The notes beneath the pieces were generated by a model. That model was not told the origin of the DNA and ran no database searches. It worked only from the letters and a program-made list of their open reading frames with translations. DNA of 59,031 bases, filler included, from Sluysia triapertura (taxonomy: Eukaryota), in the NCBI GenBank assembly GCA_046118255.1. It is 4 parts of 4 records of this genome, joined end to end, with 100 filler letters (N's around TTAATTAATTAA, not from the genome) between each part and the next. Parts side by side here need not be neighbours in the genome. Positions count along the whole stretch, not along the records: positions 14,940 to 30,174 come from JBJNIA010233896.1; positions 30,275 to 44,757 come from JBJNIA010257516.1; 2 more parts are not named here. One strand, given 5' to 3'. Both the position numbers and the translations under genes were made by a program. Of the stretch, positions 26,801 through 37,815 are shown one piece after another. Each line of letters begins with the position of its first letter. The stretch's first letter is position 1.

Positions 26801-27266
26801 TGCAATAGGGATAGAGAAAAAAGTTCTTGTCTACTTATTGATTACATGTGGTTTTTTATTGATATTATTAATTTGTATCAATATTAAATTTATATTTTTT
26901 ATTAATATTTCAGTGAAATTGATGAAGAGACTAGTATGGCTGCACCGGAAGTAAGTTTCGGTTTTTGCACTAAATTACTTTATTGCACATTTTTTATCAA
27001 TAATAAATATTTTGTGGTGGTGGTGGTAGATAATTTGAAATTAATAAATCAAAAAGTCTTTCTATTTTTAGATATTAACTTTATATTTATATCACCAATG
27101 TTCAAATTATAAACAAATAATATATTTAATCAGATAATGAAAATATGATATGTTTAATTTTTATTCGTCCATTTTAATTGGTTGTGTTTGTCTATAATAA
27201 TAGCATGTCAATAACATGGATTCCGTTAGTGGACCTGCACCAGTACCAGTTGGTGGTATGAAGGCG
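14990..27266 (+). CDS. Classical calpain (calpain-B/CAPN-like), internal portion; exons 14990-15261, 16020-16185, 21055-21230, 24518-24896, 26914-26950, 27204-27266
   Basis: All introns are GT-AG and phase-compatible. GSYEALRGGSTTEALEDFTGG, catalytic His GHAYS, catalytic Asn IRNPWG, DDGEFWMS, AGGCRN, FWTNPQF, C2-like domain YCIVPSTFEPNQEAAFLLRIFSE. The catalytic-Cys exon and penta-EF-hand exons are not in this contig. Confidence 0.93.
15358..15398 (-). mobile_element. Possible piggyBac-like terminus
   Basis: Minus strand reads TAACACGTTGAATGCCATGGGGGTCACCGGTGACC (terminal motif plus subterminal palindrome); no transposase seen. Confidence 0.3.
17572..18070 (+). mobile_element. Internally deleted Tc1-like transposon, copy 1
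   Basis: TA-CAGTGGTGGCCAAATTATTAGAC left TIR; WPRSSPDMNHIENLWEIVKRKV matches the Tc1 catalytic-Glu motif WPxxSPDLNPIENLW. Confidence 0.8.
18457..18520. repeat. Head-to-head (AAT)n/(ATT)n microsatellite palindrome
   Basis: Read directly from the sequence. Confidence 0.85.
18995..19431 (+). mobile_element. Internally deleted Tc1-like transposon, copy 2
   Basis: WPGNSPDMNPVENLWDIVKRRV; right TIR GTCTAATAATTTGGTCACTTCTG-TA. Confidence 0.8.
20424..20780 (-). mobile_element. mariner remnant (3' part and TIR)
   Basis: NARPHVA and HLLRSMSNHLSGFTFENEEAITTWIEEFFDQKSPSFFKSGI; TIR-like TATTGGGTTGGTGCAT at about 20425. Confidence 0.75.
23329..23750 (-). other. Antisense coding-like segment in calpain intron (120+ codons, unknown)
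   Basis: Long open frame with raised GC and protein-like composition; no ATG at the tracked start; no domain recognised. Confidence 0.25.
25073..25224. other. Scaffold gap inside calpain intron, preceded by (TAC/TAT)n microsatellite
   Basis: N run with no linker; calpain exons continue in phase across it. Confidence 0.9.
25410..25740 (+). mobile_element. Highly decayed mariner remnant
   Basis: SYSTIKKWT (HTH region) and SPYSSDLTLNGF (compare HPPYSPDLAPSDF). Confidence 0.5.
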
Positions 27267-30174
27267 GTTAGTAAATCCATCGATAAGTCGTTAAGTTTCT
27301 TGAATTATGTACTTTAAAAAATTAAAAACATGAAAAATATTTTTTCTAAACTGCCAATTAAGTTTCAGTTTTATTTTGATTGGTGGACAATTTTGATTTG
27401 TTGATCATTAATTAAAATTTTTTAATAGATTTTATCGATAAAAGAGGATATTATTAATGTTAATTTTTAAATAATTTAATATATTAATATTATTTAATAT
27501 TTTTATATTACATAGATTGTTAAAATTGACATACAACTAATATATCTTATATGTAGCATATTTAATTCCGAAAGTTTGCCTTTTTAGACCTTATCATAAC
27601 GTCTTTCTTCTGATTATCCATTCAATATTTCGCATTTATCTTCAAAAACAAAACATGTAAACATAAGGTGTTGACAATTCAAAACTTTTATCGGCTGAAC
27701 GCCTTTCAAAAAACGATACCATATCCAAATTTGTATCCAAGGAGAAAGCGTGCACTTAATGTTATAAAAAGAGTAAATGATCACTAACGTAGTCGCGAGA
27801 TATTCGAATTGTTATTGTGGTAATGTTGATAAACAAATATTAAACTTTCACATTCTTTTCGTAAATACGTTTTTCAGCTTTGCTTTATGTAAAAACCGAT
27901 AACTTTATTTATATTTCTTTAATCGTTTACCGTTATTATAAATGTTAACTTTATATTTGTCAATAATTTCAAAGTTTATTTTCTATAAAATCCAATGATT
28001 CTTGATCTAAATTAAGTTCTCTTTATAACTTTAGCTTAAATAAGCTAATTTACTTAATATAAATATAATTTTAAGAGTGTGAGTTCAATATTCGTCTCTA
28101 TTTTTAAAACTGTGATATTATTTTAAAAAAATTTACTTTTCAACTAACTAACTAACTAACTACTATTACTACTAACGTGTGACAACTTACAAAAAATATG
28201 ACGCATATTCTATTTTTAAATGAAAATCAACTCAACCAATCAGAATTTTAATAGTAATTTATCAATAAAAAAATTCCATTTATGTTTTTTATTTGAAAAA
28301 TGTCATTATATTATGTGTGTATGTGTAATATAATGCACTAGAACAATGACATTTACATTAAATAAGCAAAGACACTAACATTTCTAAATGTTATGTATCA
28401 ACAGATATTTTGATATTAATCTTGTTAGGTTGGGTGGCAATAATGTAGTCTGTCAATCGATGACCAAATATGGAATTGTGTTTGGAATTGTGGACACGTC
28501 ACATGTACCTGATAAAGGATGTATGAAAGGGCTTCCTAATAGGGCAGCTGCTATTATTATTATCATAATGATTATTATCATTATTACTATCCATTATTCA
28601 TAGCGATAAATGGAGGACCTATAATAATTAAAATTTTGGATGTGAACACTATACCCTTAATCTTTCAGTTACAAGTGTTCACACTCAAAGCATAGAATCT
28701 TATTGGGCTAAAAACAAAAGAAGATGTAAAACAGTGATGGGTATAAAAAGGAATTGTTTTACAGCATTATTTAAAAGAATTATGTTAGAGAAAAGAGAGT
28801 TTTGAAAAAATTTTAGAATAAATAAGAGATTTTTATTATTGTTTGAAATTATTTATTTTTATTTTTTAAAATTATTTTTGTTTAATTATAAACTTCAATA
28901 TCTATTTCATTGGCTAATAATTGTAAAATCAAAATTTACCTTGTTGCGTCTGAAAAGTATAACTTTATGTAATACAAATAATGAAAATGTTTTTACTCTC
29001 AATATAAACAACAAATATAAATATTGTCATAATATTATTAAGACAAAATATATAAATAAAACGTTATTAAATAATAGTTTTGTTTGGAAATGAAACTATA
29101 TTGGCAGTTTTTTGCTAAATATTTAACATTGCATTTAATTTTTTAAAGTAGAAAATTTTAATATCATTGTTCTTTTTTTATTTTACTGTTGTATCAGATT
29201 TATTTATTTATTCTTTTCTTTTTATAAATTAATGACCAAAATAAAAAATTAATTTTTAGTTTATCAATTATTTACTTATTTTGATAAGTAGCTAAAGTTT
29301 GTAAATATTATGATATATGTTTGGTCAATAATTTTTTGTTGGCTGATTTTACCCAGCTCTTTCATGATACTGTGTTTAATTAGCATTGTTTCCAATTGGC
29401 TTTTACCATGATTTATTTTGATTTGCATGAACAAATTTTAATTAAATTACGCCCTTAATAATAATAATAATAATAATAATAAAATTATTGTTATTTCTGT
29501 AGAGTAATTTTGATTTATTTTCAATTATTTTTGTAAAATACGTTTTTTATTGTAATTTCTTATTTCTCAGCCAATCATAGACACTCTAGAAAATTGTTTT
29601 TTTGAAATACATAATAAGCAAACTTCAGACAGAATACAATATGTCATTAACGAATCACGAAAAAAAACAATTTAATTTCGTAGTTTGAAATATAAAAAAT
29701 ACCAATTTTAACAAATGCTGCGAACTTTTAAAAAATTCATTACAAAATTTGGTTTTCCTCTCAGATTTGTGTATTGTCAATCTGATTTGTTGATCAACTG
29801 TGATTTTGATGTTTCACTTAAATTTGCCAGGAAATAAATTTTAAAAAATTTTCACAATTATTTTGCCTCTGTTTGAGAAGATTGTTAATGAATGATGTGA
29901 AAAAAATTCGCGAAAAATCAACGTTATCGATTTATTTAACAATTTGAATTTTAAAACTATGAAAAAGCATTTGTTTGCCATAATAAATAAATGTATAAGT
30001 TAATATGCAAGGGAAGATAATTATAAGGAAGATATTTTTTACTAAAATATTAATACAATCTCTATTTTAATACATAATTATTATCATTATTATTATAATT
30101 ATCATTATTATTATCATTATAATTATTATCATTATTATTATCATTATAATTATTATCATTATTATTATCATTAT

Positions 30175-30274
30175 NNNNNNNNNNNNNNNNNNNNNNNNNN
30201 NNNNNNNNNNNNNNNNNNTTAATTAATTAANNNNNNNNNNNNNNNNNNNNNNNNNNNNNNNNNNNNNNNNNNNN
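30175..30274. other. Artificial contig spacer
   Basis: 44 N + TTAATTAATTAA + 44 N. Confidence 0.95.
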
Positions 30275-30769
30275 TATCACAAGTATTTACTTTGATGGTA
30301 GACGAGACACAACTTTGGTCAAAGTAAACAGAAATGGCAAGTGGTATGGTGCCACTCACTACTGTTGAAGATCATTATGTTCTGGTTGAAGAACCAGGTA
30401 GTAGCTATCTGACACATGTGACGCCTTCATGAGGCAAAAGTATTGATATTGTTAAATTCAGCAATGAGCCACTCACTTTGAATTACAAGAACCACACTCA
30501 AGGAGTAGAACGTTGCATAAAACTGGTTATAGATGCCTCAAAAGATGTTTATGTTTTTGAGGCCAGAGATGGCTTTATTTATATTTGGATAAAATATAGA
30601 TTTACGTTAGGTGTGCCTCATTATTTGATAAGTGTGCTGTGGTTGTCAATACCATTAAAGCGAGTATTTTCTAAATTAAAAATGGGGCATTTGTAAGTGT
30701 CCAGAAATAATTTCTTTGTGATTTTCTTTTATTTCACATGCGAACGCAAAGTTTTATTTTCAACCCACC

Positions 30770-30772
<3 letters not shown>
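30275..30772 (+). mobile_element. Internally deleted hATm-like DNA transposon (transposase fragments and right end)
   Basis: IYFDGRRDTT...EDHYVLVEEPGSSYLTHVTP and NHTQGVERCIKLVIDAS..V...EARDGFI; ends CCCACCCTA (= TAGGGTGGG terminus). Family label is from recalled motifs. Confidence 0.65.
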
Positions 30773-30807
<35 letters not shown>

Positions 30808-31599
30808 CGACTAAAATACACTTAGTCAACATTATTTTTCACGTTTTCATAATATACTTACAAACTATACCATGTGATACTTTCTTCACATTAATAACTT
30901 TTGTAAAAATATGGTAATCATTAATCAATCTCCTGTATAATTTACTTTAAGCTTTCATTGACTAAATGTTAGGTAAGTGGAATTTTACAGTATTAGACGT
31001 CCTCGAATAAAGCACGAAAACGCGGTACTCGAGGAACATTGTCTAATTACAGATTATCAATATAATTAAAATATTATAATAAATTAAAATAATTATATAA
31101 CATTATACAAACGATTTAAAATAACTTATTGTATTTTAAAAACGATAAAAGTAAACTTCGATATAGACAAAATTTTTTGGATAATTTCCATTATTATTAT
31201 TATAATTATAATTGTTATAATAATAATTATTACATTTTTAATTCATTAATAAAACAAATTAAAAATTTTTGTAAAATTGCTTACAATTTTTTAATTTAAT
31301 AATCCTTGAAATTAAATTAATCAGTGCAAATTTAATCAAATTTTGAGCAGAAATGAAATAAGTTTAATTAGAATTTTTTTAATCTTTAAATCGCTTTTTC
31401 ATCTGCTAAGGTATTTCATGTTTTAATTAATATTTTGTCGAGACACTGTTTACAAAATGTAAGAACAAATCTTAAGTCGTTCAATCAAAACTAATCATAT
31501 AAAGGAAGATATTGCAAATTTGATTATATTGTGATATTATCACTAATTAAATTGTAATTGTAAATTAGAATAATTATACAAATTCTATGTATAGAAGTA

Positions 31600-32280
31600 A
31601 TAAAATTAATAATAATAATTTACAGAGTAAACGTTTAATAGTAATAAGTAGTAACTAATAATAATACACAGTAATTATTGTTTTTTGTCTGAAATTGTTA
31701 ATACTAATACTAAATACTTTACAAGTAATAACACAATAATAATTGTTTTCTGTCTGAAATTTTTAGTAATATTAATTTATAAGTAATAAATAGTAGTGTA
31801 TAAGTGACACATACTAATCATTGTTTTAATCTAAAATTGTTGATAAATTTTAATTATATACTATTAATATTAAATCTCATTTTAATATGATTTTTGTCGA
31901 TTATAATGCTTCTAAATCTGATATAACATTATTCTCTCAATCTTTAATTTAAGTTAATTTTGATCGAGAATAATGTTATAAATTTTTAATTGTATACTAG
32001 TTTTACTCAATCTCAATTTAATATAATTTTAACTCATATTTTTATGTTCCTAAAATTTAATATTATATTGTCTTTATAAAATCTCATTTTAAAATGATTA
32101 TTTATTTTATTTCATTCAAAAACTAATTGGTATTTGCTATTAAATTTTAAATTTATATTAACTCTATTAAATCTTATTTTAAATTGACATAAAGCATTAT
32201 AATCTTAATGATAATGATTTTAATTTTGCTTTAAAATAATTTTTATTTAAAATAAATTTCAGTTAAATCAAAAATTTAAT
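31600..32280 (-). pseudogene. Decayed beta-repeat orphan gene (units of about 24-30 codons, N-[HY]-x-K-[ML]-R-[FL]-x4-I-x-L-x-[FI])
   Basis: QFKIRFNRVNINLKF / NHFKMRFYKDNIILNF / NYIKLRLSKTSIQLKI / NHIKMRFNINSI*LKF; DNA subrepeat atctcattttaa recurs at roughly 70-90 bp steps. Confidence 0.5.
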
Positions 32281-32285
32281 GAATA

Positions 32286-32732
32286 TTATGTTACAATTTC
32301 CTCCCACGGTAGGTAAGCTTTGTTCCAAAGCTTAAAAGAAAATAAGTGATTATTAGAAGGAAGATTTACATGTCGTACAGGACTTTTCGAGTATGTACTT
32401 AACGATTTATAGAAATTTCTTATTTGTGTCCGTCTTTTGTGTCGACGTTGTGACGGAGTCAATGCAGGTGATAAGTCAGGTGGGAGCCAAATATGTATAT
32501 TGAGACGGTATTTTGGTGTCTGTTAAGATGTAGTAGACGGTGTAGGCGTAAGTTTAAATTCAAAGAGCCTTTAAAAAACAATGTATAACCCAGTATTTCA
32601 GTTCGACAAAGAGCACAAGGTGGAAATCTTGTTAAATAGGCCAACAATACATTTATGATCATATTTATGACTGTATGGAAAACTTTCAACATAATATTCA
32701 TTTAGACTACTTTTACAAATTGGGCAAGTCAT
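32286..32732 (-). pseudogene. Intronless RING-H2 finger gene, decayed
   Basis: MTCPICKSSLNEYYVESFPYSHKYDHKCIVGL /frameshift/ FPPCALCRTEI (third Cys replaced by Tyr), then a Pro/Thr- and Arg-rich tail (LPPDLSPALTPSQRRHKRR) ending LPWEEIVT*. Confidence 0.7.
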
Positions 32733-32959
32733 GAATTATAATTCAAGAAATATTAAGAGCATAACCACCTAATAAAAAATATTAACCTATGTAAATCCTA
32801 TATTCTAACTATTGTCAATCATGTACCGACTACTCAGCTAGGCTGAGATCAGTGGACTTCATGTATCGAGATTGGAACCTATAAAAAACTATAATACAAT
32901 GTCATGCAAGAAAAATGTCATATATACATATAAAAATGTGTATGTAGAAATGTGTTGTG

Positions 32960-33360
32960 TCCATTCTAACCTTAACCTTATTAATTCATCCTTATTATTC
33001 TTTGGATATATAAGTGCTAAGTCTGTAAGAGGGTGAACGACTACATCATTTAATGCTCATAATTGTCCAGTCCAATAACACATGATGTAGGACAATTTCT
33101 AATAACCACGAATATAACTATAATTCTTCGATCCAAGATATCAACTTCATTTGCGATTATTCCAACTACTGATACTTTACGACCCATGCAATCGACTAAC
33201 TCACCAGCAATTGGTCGCGTAACTGTAACGATGCAAAGTGTAGAATTGTATGTGGGGCAGCATTATTGAGAAGTGCATGTACCGGTAATCCATTAATTTT
33301 AACGTTCTGCCATACATAGAGTTTATCGATAATATGGTTTCCTAATGTTAATAACGACAT
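32960..33360 (-). pseudogene. Stand-alone retropepsin-like aspartic protease, decayed
   Basis: Own ATG at 33360. LYVWQNVKINGLPVHALLNNAAPHTI (ALLD[ST]GA motif degenerated), then after a frameshift ELVDCMGRKVSVVG...VIFVVIRNCPTSCVIGLD (ILGxD-type motif). Confidence 0.7.
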
Positions 33361-33364
33361 TGGA

Positions 33365-33845
33365 TTAGATATGATTATATTTTTCCTTTGTCTTACATAG
33401 ACTTTTTTTGGGTTTCGACCAGCGAAAAATTGAAATAATAATAGAAATTACAGCCCAGCTGAATTCTATTATTATTGTTGCAATTAGGAGTTTTATCAAT
33501 TGAATTGAATAGGTGAATGTTGATTTCTTTTCTGTATGTGGTTCATGATTCTTTTAATAGTTTTGAGGGTAAACATAATATTTTGAACAGTTAGTTGATC
33601 GTGTTTATAGACTGGCATTAAATTTGTCATGTGTATATCGCATTTGCGTTTTGGTCGGAGTTTTTGAAATTAACAAGCATTCTTGAATTAGATATATTGT
33701 AGGTCGTGAAATTAAAGTATTCTTGGGAAATATACATTTTCAATGACAAATCAGTATGCTGTTTTATATAAAGTGATATTTCATGTGTTGGTAGTGAAAA
33801 TGTCAAGTCTGGTATCCAATTATTAGTGCCAATAATACAAATGTC
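33365..33845 (-). pseudogene. Type I membrane glycoprotein-like gene 2, decayed
   Basis: Signal-like FVLLALIIG; sequons NFT and NIS; TM LIKLLIATIIIEFSWAVISIIISIF; basic RWSKPKK; ends YNHI* 4 nt before the protease ATG. Needs two frameshifts. Confidence 0.55.
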
Positions 33846-34334
33846 TGTAAAGGGTTACTTGAATAAGGTGGAGGCGTTGTTTCTTCGTAAGGAGGCTGTC
33901 TTTGTCTTCTTGAGCAGCAATTTTTCCAATCTAATAATGACAGTGATATTAATAGAAATGGAACCATTAATATTCATGTGAATTGTGGTTCTTGTAATAC
34001 TATTGATGTAATAGTTGTATTCGTAATCTGATCGTAATATTGTAACATCCATGTACAAGAATCTTTTATTACGTTACAGTGGCAGATATTAGTTCCATGA
34101 TCTGAACAGTTCATTTGTTTTTATTCAAACGAACTACATTTGTTATGACCATACGGGTTTTCGTCACATGGTGGTTTTCAAGAAAGTATTGTGCTTGGTA
34201 CATATTTTCCAAGATAAGCTAGTAACATAGTCACTTCTAAGAAATTTTACAAGGGGTTCATTATGTTCCTTGGTTTTACATGCATCTAATGTAATAATCA
34301 AGTTACTCCAGATTAGGTTAAGAAATAGAAACAT
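33846..34334 (-). pseudogene. Type I membrane glycoprotein-like gene 1 with PPxY tail, decayed
   Basis: Signal-like MFLFLNLIWSNLIITLDAC; Cys-rich ectodomain (PPCDENPYGHNKC...NCSDHGTNICHCNVIKDSC); TM ILMVPFLLISLSLL; tail WKNCCSRRQRQPPYEETTPPPYSS. Confidence 0.6.
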
Positions 34335-34379
34335 TACAATATTTGTCAATATGAAATTAAATTTTATTAAATTAAATCT

Positions 34380-34640
34380 CTTTATTAAATCTCACTTTAA
34401 AATCATTAGTTTGATTCAAATTTGATTGTTATTTGTTGCTAAATTCTGAATTTATATTAACTGTATGTAATCTCATTTTAAATTGTAATATTTTGAGCAT
34501 TATTATTTTAACGTTATTTTAATATGAATAATAATTATTTTAACATTATATTTTATTAAATCATTAAAAATGAGTATTTTAAAATGAACATTATTTATTT
34601 ATGAAATGTTAATAATAAAAATGAATATTATGTTTAAAAT
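34380..34640 (-). pseudogene. Partial beta-repeat orphan copy
   Basis: QFKMRLHTVNINSEFSNK*QSNLNQTNDFKVRFNKEI; direct-orientation homolog of 32070-32290. Confidence 0.5.
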
Positions 34641-36239
34641 TCTTTAACCAAATATTACAAAACAGAATATCATTACAAATATTACAATGTCATGGATTGC
34701 TTTTGACTTTTTTTGAATTGTATCTGCTTTATAAGTTGTTAGATGGATGTGCAAAACATTTTCACTTAAATTATTCCATTACGCCCACGCTCCACGGTTT
34801 AAGCTTAATGTGACATTTATGTAGGTTTTCTCTTTATAAATTGATTTCGTCAATGTGAGTGTCTGTATTCACTCTTAATTGCTTTACTTTAATGTAACAA
34901 TGATTTGTCTTACACTTAATCGATTTCGAAAATATTTTATTATTGAACTAACTAACTTTATTCACTATTTAAGTTCTAATTCCTTGGACTGCTATTCTCT
35001 AAGAGCTGTATATTTAACTAAATTCTCTTATTATCCTTTTTCTACTTATAAAAAGTTAGATTCTCTTAATCAGTATATGCACTATCAATTTAATTTAATA
35101 TTAATCAATTAGATAAACTAATTTCAATTTCTTTTATTTTTCTAAATACTATCAATAATCTATCCATAAAATAATTTCTCTGCACTAAATTCTTTTAATT
35201 ACTAGTTTATAATCAATAACAAATATGTAACAAATGAAGGCCTGTTATTAATATTTCAACAACTCTTACTAATACTTTACAAAGTAACAATATGCAATAA
35301 TCCAACAATAAGATAATATAATATACAAAGTTATTTCTAGAAAAATATTTTCGAATTTTGAATAATATTTTTTATTTAACGTAAAAGTGTCGTGATTTTA
35401 CGTAAAAGTTAATTATTTTCGTAATAAAAAACAAGACTTAATAACAATTAATTTACTTATAGCTTTTACAAAAAATATGTAATCCAAGAATTTAATTAAT
35501 ATCTGTCGATGAAGTGATCCGTAATTTGTACGAATTGTTATGATAATCAAGACAACAGATTTTTTCAGTTAATCAGTTAAATAGCCATGTATAGCAAGTT
35601 ATAGATCAACAGTAAGTGGTATACTTGTGTTCGGATGTTTTATAATCAATTGATATTCCAAAATTTTGTAAATTCGATGGATTATACTCTTCGTTACTTC
35701 GAGCAATGAGATTTAAAAATAATTCATAATTATTGATGAAAAGTTATACGTCTCATATAATTTTTTCATCGTCAATATTCGTGAGTGTACTAATAATTAA
35801 ATTATTTTCTAAAACTATTTCAAATCCTTTAATCAGTGGATTTCAACAACAGGTTATTAACTTTATTCTAATTCAGATAATTATTATCTTTAGATAAAAT
35901 TCAATTTATTTTCTGATAAGGTTAGATTTATTATTATTATTATTTTATTAATTTATAGATTCAACCTACTGTTGAGATACCAACCTTACAGATATATTTT
36001 TAACAAAATTTATATTATTATATGATAGAAAATAGTTTATTATTATTTTGAAATATTGTACATAATATTTTGTCTTTTTGTTTTATACTATTTCATGTCT
36101 ACTATTTATACTATTTGTACTATTTTAAAATTAAATGCAATTATTATTTATCTGTATGTAATTAATAATAATAATAATAATAATATAATAATGCTCATTT
36201 GGCTTTAAATTAAAATTTCAAATTCTTGCTTTTAATTTC

Positions 36240-36990
36240 ATTTTCAAAATAAATTCAATATCATTATTACTGTAATAATAATGCTTTTGTATTAATTAAA
36301 AATTAAATTACATAGATTTAGTATAAAATCAAAATTTGATAACACAAAACAATCAATTTTAAATTGAAATTATATAAATAATCATTTAAAAGTGAGATCC
36401 AATCGAGAATATGAAATTAAAAATTATAAACATCAAACCTTACTATTGTAGTCAATAAATAAGACGTAATAATATGAAATCAAATTTAAGATCATAAAAT
36501 CCGATCAAAATTATATTAAAAACATGATTCAGAATATTATAATACATAAAATCATATTAGTATCATATTAATTTATGTACACAAAAATTAATAATATTAT
36601 GTTAGATCAAAATAAAATTTTAAATTAAAATAAAGATTTGGAAGAACAAAAAAATGTGTAGTTGTGCAAAACATTATATTACAAATTAATATTGTATAAT
36701 TTAATAGTATGGTTGTATATAAATGCTAATGACTAAAATAGTAATTACTATATCATAAATTAACTATTATTAAGCAAAATAGTTAGTCAAAAATTATAAA
36801 TTAAATTATTATTATTACAAAAAGACTATTAAATTAATTATTCAGACGAAAATCAACTACTATGATTACAAACTAACTATTACATTATTAATTGTATATA
36901 TTATTACTTATATTCAGACAAAAATTAACTATTATTGTATATATTACAAATAAAAACATTAATTAATGTTGCATATATTATAATTTAATA
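36240..36990 (+). pseudogene. Decayed beta-repeat orphan copy (inverted relative to 31600-32280)
   Basis: KIKLHRFSIKSKFDNTKQSILN*NYINNHLKVRSNRE aligns without gaps to KIRFNRVNINLKFNSKYQLVFE*NKINNHFKMRFYKD. Confidence 0.55.
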
Positions 36991-37429
36991 CTAACAAAAT
37001 TTTACAGGACAATATAAATTTTAGTGTCATTTGATAAACAACAAAAAAGTGGTTTTATAAAATTTAGTTTAAGTTTTAAAAGGAGTTGATTAAATGAATA
37101 TTACAGAAGTTGATATATTGTTGATAATTGAATATTTCATTTGAACACCGCGATAATTTTATCTTTATTTGAACACAGTATTTTAAAGTAGTAAGTGACT
37201 TTTACTGAATATAAAAATTAATAAAATAAATTTTCGATTAAATTTTCAATAAAAATTAAAATTACATATTATTATTTTCTTATAGTTAAAATGGTTGTAA
37301 ACTATTATTTAATTTTCTGTATTTTTCTAAGGGATTGAAAATAGAGTTGTTGCAAAAAATTAGAATTAGATATATATTATAAAGTTAAGTTGAAATTGAA
37401 AATGAAAATATTTTAAAGGTCTTATGAAG

Positions 37430-37815
37430 TGTATCAGAGAATTTAAAGTTGAATTAAATTTTTTATAAAGAGATTCGAACAAATTTAGTTTTATAAAATA
37501 AAATTAAGTTTTTTGTTGAATAATATTAAAGCACATACAAGAATTTAAACAAGTAAACTTTAAAGTAGTACAACTTTTGGTAAGCACTTCCATTTCGAAT
37601 AACTGTGACGAGTATTCGAATTCACACTTAATAGATAAAGCATAGATATTATTTGTAGAACACGTTAATAGAGGAAATTTATATTAATAAAAGATTGTAC
37701 CTTCTGATAAATTTAAGTAGTAATATAAAGTGAAAATATTATTAAAGAAGTTTAGATTATTATCAGAGATAAGGAGTTAATATTAACACATTCAAATATG
37801 CTATAATACTTAACC
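37430..37815 (-). pseudogene. Decayed orphan family TLYY/YSS
   Basis: IFTLYYYLN...IYALSIKCEFEYSSQLFEMEVL vs ORF 49376 NITLYYKN...LYHFKLNWRYESIYSSSFFRIEVF. Confidence 0.45.

Noticed and set aside
32070-34640. LTR retrotransposon (direct repeats flanking a protease)
   Set aside because: The repeats are diverged coding-like paralogs; no TG..CA ends, PBS or PPT were recognised, and no gag, RT or integrase lies between them.
35500-35560. Gag-like SVDEVIRNLYELL
   Set aside because: Too short and followed by many stops; insufficient support.
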